From the NCBI GenBank assembly GCA_964016885.1, contig OZ024749.1:36270001-36334000 (forward strand): a DNA stretch of 64,000 bases, read 5' to 3'. Source of the stretch: Eledone cirrhosa (taxonomy: Eukaryota). Positions 54,890 to 64,000 of this stretch are shown here, one piece after another; positions within the stretch are counted from its first letter, which is position 1; each line of letters begins with the position of its first letter. The notes under the pieces are model-generated. The model ran no database searches. It had not been told where the DNA came from and saw only the letters and a program-made list of their open reading frames with translations. The position numbers and the translations under genes are program-made.

Positions 54890-55702
54890 TAATAATAATA
54901 ATAATGCTTTCTTTATTAACCACAAGGGTTTACACAAAGTAGACATTAAAGACAGTACAGGACGGTACAAATGGGCATTTCTGCGTGTAAAAAAAAACAA
55001 AGGATGTAACAAAAAAAAAGAAACAATGAAAAATTCCCCAATAGGGGGGAGACTTCCGAGGGACATTCGTGGAGAAAGCCCATTAAAAAAGCCACGGTGA
55101 CCCTGACCACCAGGGCAAGTGTCCTCTCCCAGTTTTCCACCTTCAATTTACAGGCATATACTCAGAGTAGGTCCATTCACTCAGGCCATTCTTGCCTCTC
55201 TCACCCATCTTTCAACAAAGTACTGGGAGGAGAGCACTTCCCTCTCTACCCTGATTTTTCCTTTTCAAATGAAATTTGAAAAAGTTAATCAGGGCATCAC
55301 CGACGAGGTAAGTGCTCGTCTTCAGCCCTTTCAGACACCTCCACCATACTATCTCTTTCGCCATGGCCACCAGACAGATAAAAACTGCCTGCCCTTCCCG
55401 GCTAAAGGAAGAGGCCGGGGCAATCCTCACGATGGACTCAGCTGATAGCCGGATCCGTTCTACACGCGACAGCAGGTGTTCGACATAAACCCACAAGTCA
55501 GCAATGCTCGGACACTGGACGAGTGCATGCAGGATGGTTTCGTCGCCCTGCGCGCATCTCGGACATGCCCAGCTGACGGCACTTCCGTGCCTGTAGAGTT
55601 TATCCCGAACTGGCAAAGCTCCTCAGTAACACTGCAAGGCCAGGGATTTCTGGAAATTGTCCATAGGCCCTGGCCCGAAAGTTCTTCCGAAGAGATTGGC
55701 TA
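54890..55702 (-). mobile_element. Tx1/L1-clade LINE 3' fragment with ORF2 zinc-knuckle (zf-RVT-like) remnant
   Basis: LPVRDKLYRHG...CPRCAQGDETILHALVQCP...LW is a CxxC-x8-H-x4-C motif typical of L1/Tx1 ORF2 C-termini; disrupted by a stop and a frameshift; AATAAA plus (TTA)n tail. Confidence 0.87.
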
Positions 55703-55704
55703 AA

Positions 55705-55992
55705 TTCTTTCTACTTTTGGCACAATTACCCCCAGTGCATTACTGCTGCTTTATTTTATCGACCCCGTAAGGATGAGAGGCAAAGTTAACCTTGGTGGGA
55801 TTTAAACTCGGAACGTAAAGGGCCATAACTCTATGCTGTTAGCAATTTGTGGGGAGGGTGAAGTCAATTGTATCGACCCCCAGTACTTGACTGGTACTTT
55901 ATTATATTGACCCTGGGAAATATGAAAGGCAAAGTTGACCTCAGTAGGATTTGAACTCAGAATGTTAGAAAGTCATAACTAAATGCTGCAAG
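55705..55992 (-). mobile_element. Two diverged SINE family A fragments
   Basis: TTTATTTTATCGACCCC...GGCAAAGTT...AACTC motifs occur twice. Confidence 0.75.
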
Positions 55993-56034
55993 GTTCTGTC
56001 CAGTGCTTTTAAGATTCTGCTCTTCCACCACCCT

Positions 56035-56400
56035 TGTGATGATGGTGGTGACGATGGTGATGATGATGATGATGGTGGTGATGATGGTGGTGATGATGGT
56101 GGTGATGATGATGATGATGGTGGTGATGTTGGTGGTGATGATGGTGGTGACGGTGACAGTGTCGATGGTGATGGTGGTGGTGATGGTGGTGATGATGGTG
56201 GTGATGATGGTGGTGGTGATGATGGTGGTGACGATGGTGGTGACGATGAGTGTCGGTGGTGATGGTGATGATGATGGTAGCGACGATGGTGATGATGATG
56301 GTGGCGACGATGGTGATGATGATGGTAGCGACGATGGTGATGATGATGGTGGTGACGGTGGTGATGGTGATGATGGTTGTGATGGTGGTGATGATAGTGA
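56035..56400. repeat. (GAT/GGT)n repeat
   Basis: Direct read. Confidence 0.93.
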
Positions 56401-56959
56401 TAACAATTTTATGTCTACTTTCATGCTGTTATAGGTTGAAATGTGGAATTTGAATTTAAAATATTAACATCATCATTGCTAACAATAACAACAACAAAAA
56501 CAACACTAGTGACATTAACAACACCAACAATATCATTAGCAATGACAACAACACTAGTTACAATAACAATAATAAAACACTAGTAACAACAACAACAACA
56601 GCAGCAACGACAACATTGAAACAATGTCGATAGTATTGAAATGAAATGTTCAAAGCCACCCTTTTATAAAGATCAAGATGTATTGATTGATTGCTGTCTG
56701 AATCAACATCAACAACAACAACAACAACAGCAGGCAGATCAATAATTCTGTATATTGTAAATTGATTTACTGTTCCAATATTCCAGAGGTGACCATTCCA
56801 TTGAGAGTTTTATCATTTTGTTCTCCCCAATTTTCTTGTTTGTTTAGCTAACCATTTTGTGATCATTTCAAATTGATTCTTTCACCAACCCCATCCAGTG
56901 ATCTGTGATACCAAGTTCTAACCTGCAGCATCAGTGGGATTCTGTGATGATGATGATGA

Positions 56960-57250
56960 TCATCATCATCTGTTTGCTTTTCCCTGCTTGCATAGACTGG
57001 ATGGTTTGTAACAGACCAAGTTAGCTCTCAATCAGCCAGGCTGGGGTGTGAGGGTAGTCTTGCTTATGTACAGTTTAGAGTGTACTGTGTGTATTTCATA
57101 ACACCAACAGTAGGAAGGTTGCCATGGCTTAATACAACTAAAAAGTCCTCTTGACCCTTTATTTGGAAAATGTTCTACAGCTGGATGCCCTTCTTAACAC
57201 CAGCCTCTTTACAGTGTGTACTGGGTGTGTTTTATCATGGCAGTGGCACT
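56960..57250 (-). mobile_element. Diverged SINE family B-related copy
   Basis: GCTTTTCCCTGCTTGCA and TTCTACAGCTGGATGCCCTTC motifs. Confidence 0.6.
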
Positions 57251-57529
57251 AATTCAAATTGATTCTTTCACTAACTCCATCCAGTGGTCTGTGGTCCCAA
57301 GTTCTAATCCCTACAATGCCAGCATGTGAGTAGTTTTAAGTAAGTGAAAAATACATCTCCCCTTAAAAGGTGAGGTACAACAGTTTCAAATTTAATCTAA
57401 CCTTTTCTGTTCCTTTTGAGTTCTTTTCTCAGGTCCATCTTTTGTCAGCATAGCACCTCCTCTCGGGTCCTTTTCCCATTTGTTCTTAACCACTATCAGA
57501 CCTTTTTATAAGTTCTTTCATTGATCATC

Positions 57530-57775
57530 CTGGACCCTCCTTCCTGGCTCCTTTCTTGGTTAGTATAGGACCCTCCTCTCAGCTCCTTTCGTGGTTATCA
57601 TGGACCCTCCTCTCAGCTCCTTTCTCAGTCAGTATAGGACCCTCCTCTCAGCTTCTTTCTTGGTCAATATAGGACCCTCCTCTCAGCTCCTTTCTTGGTC
57701 AGTATAGGACCCTCCTCTCAGCTCCTTTCTTGGTCAGTATAGGACCCTCCTCTCAGCTTCTTTCTCGGTCAGTAT
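57530..57775. repeat. 35-bp minisatellite GGACCCTCCTCTCAGCTCCTTTCTTGGTCAGTATA
   Basis: About 7 units. Confidence 0.9.
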
Positions 57776-58703
57776 CTACCAATAAGCATCCAGTTTTGAT
57801 AGTGCTGTGTGTAGTGTTAATGCTGGAGAAAACAAAAGAAATGTTAAAAATATTAAATTTCTATCATTGAATATAAACAGGAAACCAAAATATCTATTAT
57901 TATTATCATTATTATTATTATCATTATTATTATTAATCTTTAAAGATCCTGCATTACTCTGCTGTCAACATAGTTCTGTTGTTATTTCTCGACAACAACT
58001 TTGCTAGGGTTTCATATTATTTTGTTGCATGGCTAAATATAGACCTATTTGTGTGTGTGTGTGTGTTTTAAATTTAAGTTCTATCTGATGATGGTAGTGG
58101 TGTTCGTGGTGGTGATAGCTGTGTCCATGGCAGTGATGGTAGTGTCCATGGCAGTGATGGAGATGTTCCTGTCAGTGATGGGGGTGTTCGTGTCAGTGAT
58201 GTAGGTGTTCGTGTCAGTGGTGTAGGTGTTCATGTCAGTGGTGTAGATGGTAGTGGTGATGGGAAAGAATGATTATTTTCTAAAAATAATTGTGTGTAGA
58301 AGTAGAATTGAAGATTAGCTCCTGGCAAACCAATATTTTGTGAACAGGCACTTATTATTTAAAGAAATTATCATTATTATTATTTTTATAATTATTTGTT
58401 GCTGGTTGGAACTATTTCACTTTGTTTACTCTGTAAATGTTATTGAGATAGATAATATACATCTCACACACCACACACCACACGCCACACACACACATAC
58501 TCTTTCCCCCCTTTGTAAACCAGTGAAATTTTACCTGAAATAAAACAGAGCAAAAAAAAAAAAAAAATCCAAATATTTTTCTCAATTCCATTTTGTACTT
58601 TAGCCTATTTGTTACCATATTTCTAATGAAAGGCACTGCCAGTGTGTGTATTTCATTTCGTTTTGAAAATAATGAAGAATATAGAAGGATTTTGTAAAAT
58701 AAT

Positions 58704-58905
58704 GCTTTCTACTTTAGGCACAACGCCAGCAATTTTTGGGGAGGGGAAAGTTGATTAAATCAACCCCAGTGCATTTCTGGTGCTTTATTTTATCGACCCT
58801 GTAGGGTTGAAAGGCAAAGCTAACTTCGGCAGGATTTGAATGCAGAACATAAAGGGCCATAGCTCTATGCAGCAAAGCTCTACCGATACTGCTAATCCAC
58901 CATCC
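58704..58905 (-). mobile_element. SINE family A, long variant
   Basis: TSD ATTTTGTAAA(A/G)TAATG at about 58689 and 58907. Confidence 0.85.
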
Positions 58906-60385
58906 ATTTTGTAAAGTAATGACACCATGCCTTAACTCTTTTAACGTCCTGTAATTATTTAGCAGAAAACATCTGAAAATGGGTCTGTTAATTCAAATGG
59001 TTATTGTCTGAACTAGGGAACAGATCATTGCGAAAAATTACAGTATTAAAACTTTAATCTTTATCTGATGCAGTTTTGTACTTTTGAAGAATGTCTTGCT
59101 AATGTGATTTTGTATGATATAGGATGTTATTAGTTAAAGGTATTTCTTCCAACTCTACATTTTCAGTTCAAATCCTGCCAAGGCCACCCTTCCAGGGGTG
59201 TTAGAATAAATGTCAGTCAAGTACTGGGATCAGTTTAATTACCCCCCCCCCCTCCTCCACACATACACACACGCACAAAAAAAAATTGGCTGGCCTTGCA
59301 TCTAAAGTAAAAATTATTAGTAAGAGTTTGGGAATATTTATTAACAAAAACGAAATGTTTTATATCATAGATCCAGGTTTGCCAGACTTCATCATCTTCC
59401 CCATCTTCTTCTCACTTTCTCTCTCATTCCTCTCACTCTCTTTCCTCTTTCTCTTATCCCCCCCTCTCTCATTCCTCTCACTCTCTTTCCTCTTTCTCTT
59501 ATCCCCCCCTCTCTCTCTCTCATTCCTCTCACTCTCGTTCCTTTCTCTCTCGCTCCTCTCACTCTCCTACCACTCTTTCTCTCCTCTCACTTACTCACTT
59601 ACTCCTTATTCTCCCTCTTGTTCCTCTCACTCTCCTTACTCTTCCTCTTGTTCCTCTCACTCTCCTTACTCTCCTACTAGTTCATCTTACTCTCCTGTTC
59701 CTCTCTCCTTCCTGTTGCTATCTTACCTCTCTTTTCATCTCCCTCCTCTCTCTCCATGTTCCCCCCTCTCTCTCACTTTCTCTGCCACACCCACCCCTTC
59801 TCTACAATTCTCTGATTACAACATATCTCTAAAGTTAATATTGGAATTGTTCCATGTTTTTTGGGGAGAGTTTTTGAACCTTTTTGAAACCTTGCTTGTT
59901 TATTTTTTCATTCCCCCTTATTAATTTTTAGTGTAGCAATTCTTTTCATTTTAATTAAAAATTTAAAAATAAAAATAAAACCAAAAACAAATTAAAATAA
60001 TCGAACTTTGAGTTAACGAAACTTATTTAATTCTATTTTAATTTTAATTTCATTTTATCTTTGTTGTTTTTCTTCTTCTTGTTGTTCTTTTTCTCCCACC
60101 CCTTTCACCGCTGAATCTAGTAATTCCTACAGAGTAATTGATACATAAATACACACATATAGAAACAGAAAGGTTATATACACACACACACGCACACACA
60201 TACTCACACATACACATACACACACATACACAGACACAGACACACAGCTGTTGAGGCATGTGGTGTGGAGCCATATGTCTAGCGCCATATTTTCTCTGCT
60301 ACCTCCATGCCTCACAACAACCACTGTGGTCATTAGCAGGTATTCATTTAAATAACTTTTAACGAAGCATACCTCATTAGTCAAG

Positions 60386-60419
<34 letters not shown>

Positions 60420-60429
60420 AAGAAAAACT

Positions 60430-60555
60430 ATTGCTACTACTAGTACTACTACTATTACCACCACCACCACCACTGCTATTACTACTAATAATAATAATGA
60501 TTATTATTATTATAATGATAATGAGGATAAAAATATTGATAATAATAAAGATAAT

Positions 60556-60648
<93 letters not shown>

Positions 60649-60712
60649 ATAATAATAATAATAATAATACTAATAGTACTAATAATAATAATAATATAAT
60701 GATGATGATGAT
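60430..60712. repeat. (CTA)n/(ATA)n microsatellites
   Basis: Direct read. Confidence 0.93.
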
Positions 60713-61059
60713 TTCCAACAGTGTTGCCACCAACTTCACCATCTCGTTAATGTAAAGATTAATTAGATCTCTATGTCCATCAGTTCTTATATATAATATT
60801 GATTAAATTGCTTTTCAAAAATTTACCTTTTTCTTTTCTTTTTTGTTATTTAGGCTTTTCTATCTTTTATGTATTTTATATTTTTTTTATTTATTTTTTT
60901 TATTTTCTTGTTTATTTATTTAATTGAAATATTTAGGAATTTTTCGATAATTAACGTCCCCCTCCTCCCTCCTCTTCCCTCCCCCTCCTCCTCATCTGTC
61001 GACATCTGAACTGTAAGTCTCCTGATTAAACAAATGTTATTTTCATGATAGTGAAACAA

Positions 61060-62560
61060 CAGCAGCAACAACAACCTCATCATCAACAATATTGACATCA
61101 TTATCATCATCATCATCAATAGTAACATCAACATTGACAAATTTGACACTGTCATCATTATCATCATCATCATCATCATCAACATTAACATCAGCAACAA
61201 TATCGACATTATCAATAACAACAGCAATATCGACATTATCAATAACCACAGCAATATCGACATTATCAATAACAATAATATCAACAACAATATCGACATT
61301 ATCAATAACAACAGCAATATCGACATTATCAATAACAACAGCAATATCGACATTATCAATATCAACAACAATATCAACAACAATATCGACATTATCAATA
61401 TCAACATTATTGATATTATCAATATCAACAACAATATTGATATTATCAATATCAACATTATAAATAACAACATTATCATCAACAACAATATCAATATTAT
61501 CAATATCAACAACATCAATATCAACATTATTGATATTATCAATATCAACAACAATATTGATATTATCAATAACATTATCATCAACAACAATATTGATATT
61601 ATCAATATCAACAACAATATTGATATTATCAATATCAACAACAATATAGACATTATCAATAACATTATCATCAACAACAATATCAATATTATCAATATCA
61701 ACAACAATATCGACATTATCAATAACAACATTATCATCAACAACAATATTGATATTATCAATATCAACAACAATATCGACATTATCAATATCAACAATAT
61801 AGACATTATCAACATTGACAATTTTTACACTATCATCAGCATCAACAATAACATCAACATTGACAACAATATCAACATTATCAATATCAACATTGACATT
61901 ATCAACAACAATATCAACATTAACAACAATAACAACTTTAGCATCAACAACAATATCAACAACAATATCAACAATATCAACAACAATATCAACATCAATA
62001 TCAACAATATCAACATCAATATCAACAATATCAATATCAACAATATCAACATCAATATCATCAATATCAACATCAACATCAACAATATCATCAATATCAA
62101 CATCATCAACAATATCAATATCAACATCAACATCAACAATATCATCAATATCAACATCATGAACAACATCATCAATATCATCAACAATATCATCAATATC
62201 AACATCAACAACAATATCAACAACAATATCAACAACAATATCAACAACAATATCAACAACAATATCAACAACAATATCAACAACAATATCAACAACAATA
62301 TCAACAACAATATCAACAGCAATATCAACATCAACAACATCAACATCAACATCAACATCAACATCAACATCAACATCAACATCATCATCATTATCAACAT
62401 TGACAGCATTATCAATATCAACAACAATAATATACCATCATCATCATCATCATCAATATCAACATTGACAGCATTATCAATATCATCAACAACCAAATAT
62501 ATCAATCAACAACATAAAACTTCAAGCCATAACAACAACAACAACCATAATAACTAACTA
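61060..62560. repeat. ATC/AAC-derived low-complexity minisatellite
   Basis: Direct read. Confidence 0.92.
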
Positions 62561-63204
62561 CATCAAACAATAACAACAACAGTAATATCAAACTTCAACC
62601 TATAACAGCAACATCAACAAAAATATCAACCACCAATAAAACATCGACCATCAGCCATCAAAAAGAATTTTTGCTTAATTAAAAAGAATTTTTGAGATCA
62701 CGTTCTAATTCTTTGTTGTTGATGTCATAGTTGTAGTTGTGGTAGTAGTTTTGGTAGTTGTAATGTTAGTGGTGGAGGTTGTGGTGGTAGTAGATATACA
62801 TTTGTATGCTTACTAGCTGGACCTGTACATGTTAACACAAGATAGACAGGAGTACCACATTTTGAAATGATTGGGTGTGTTGTGTGGTTTGAAATAACAT
62901 TTGACAGCTATTTCTACCAGGTCAAGCAACCACATGTATGTGTGTAGAAATATATGGTTCTGGTGAGAGGGGTCAAACGTAGGTTTATGGATTATGTTTG
63001 CTTGAGTTAGTGGATAAGGCAGTTGATCTTTGTGAGACACACATACACTCCATTGTATTTGGTTGGTATTGTAGCATTCAATCTGAGACCATATACATTA
63101 TCCACTATCCATTAGCAGAACTGGTGGCCCTTAATGGGTTCCTCTGATCATGGAGTTTTCTCTCCAACTCATAAGCCTGGATAGGATGTATTGTGGAAGA
63201 GCAG

Positions 63205-63680
63205 TAGTGCTGATGCCACGATAAAATGCACCCAATACTCTCTGTAAAGTGGCAGTGCTGGTGCCATGATAAAATGCACCCAGTATTCTCTGTAAAGTGT
63301 CAGTGCTGGTCCTATGATAAAATACACCCAGTACTCTCTGTAAAGTGGCAGTGCTGGTCCTATGATAAAATACACCCAGTACTCTCTGTAAAGTGGCAGT
63401 GCTGGTTCTATGATAAAATATACCCAGTACTCTCTGTAAAGTGGCAGTGCTGTGCCTTAAGATAAAATACACCCAGTACTCTCTGTAAAGTGGCAGTGCT
63501 GGTGTCACAATAAAATGCATGAAGTACATTCTGTAAAGTGATAGTGCTGATGCCACAATAAAATGCACCCAGTTCACTCTGTAAAGTGGTAGTGCTGGTG
63601 TCACATTACAAAGCACCCAGTCCACTTTGCAAGGTATTAGTGTTTGTGTCATGATGAAATACACCTAGTCCACTCTGCAA
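63205..63680. repeat. 48-bp minisatellite derived from a SINE B internal segment
   Basis: ATAAAATACACCCAGTACTCTCTGTAAAGTGGCAGTGCTGGTCCTATG, about 10 units. Confidence 0.9.
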
Positions 63681-63840
63681 AGGGGTTGGCATCAGTAAAA
63701 GCATTCAGCTGTAGAAACCATGCCAAAATGAAACATGAGTCATTAACCTGTTTGTCTTTGGACTGTGACAACCTGTCCAACCCATGCCAGTGTAGAAAAT
63801 AGACATTAAACAGTGATGGTGGTGATGATGATGATGATAC
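63655..63840 (+). mobile_element. SINE family B 3' part
   Basis: GGTTGGCATCAGTAAAAGCATTCAGCTGTAGAAAC...CCCATGCCAG...GACATTAAA and a (GAT)n tail. Confidence 0.7.
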
Positions 63841-64000
63841 TGACATTTCTTTCTTCATCTCCCCCACCCACCACCCACCACCACCATCACTGCCACTTCT
63901 TACCATCCATCTTCTCTTTTCTCTGTTCTTTGGAAGATGAAATAACAATGTTTCTTCTCCTCACATCTATGTTGTTTCTCCATTTAAACTTGAAAAGAGT

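Overview
Repeat-saturated, AT-rich eukaryotic (animal) DNA with no recognisable host protein-coding exon. The SINE families and extreme microsatellite load resemble an octopus/coleoid cephalopod intron or intergenic region (inference). Nearly all long ORFs in the supplied track are translations of simple repeats. Contents: many micro- and minisatellites; two tRNA-derived SINE families (about 20 copies, several with clear target-site duplications); decayed LINE fragments (CR1/L2-type ORF1 plus endonuclease, Tx1/L1-type 3' ends, an RTE/Rex3-type 3' end); TTAA-ended MITE-like elements; and a 200-N assembly gap. The main finding is a short non-coding element family at three loci (about 9.4-9.8, 16.1-16.5 and 34.9-35.5 kb). 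Each copy abuts a (TA)n tract and carries a minimal type-I hammerhead ribozyme motif with covarying stems. At two loci it forms a long fold-back with two divergent ribozyme copies, an architecture like Penelope-like-element termini. A further hammerhead-like core lies at 37.8 kb, and two more hairpins flank (TA)n tracts. Repeat boundaries and copy numbers were read by eye and are approximate.
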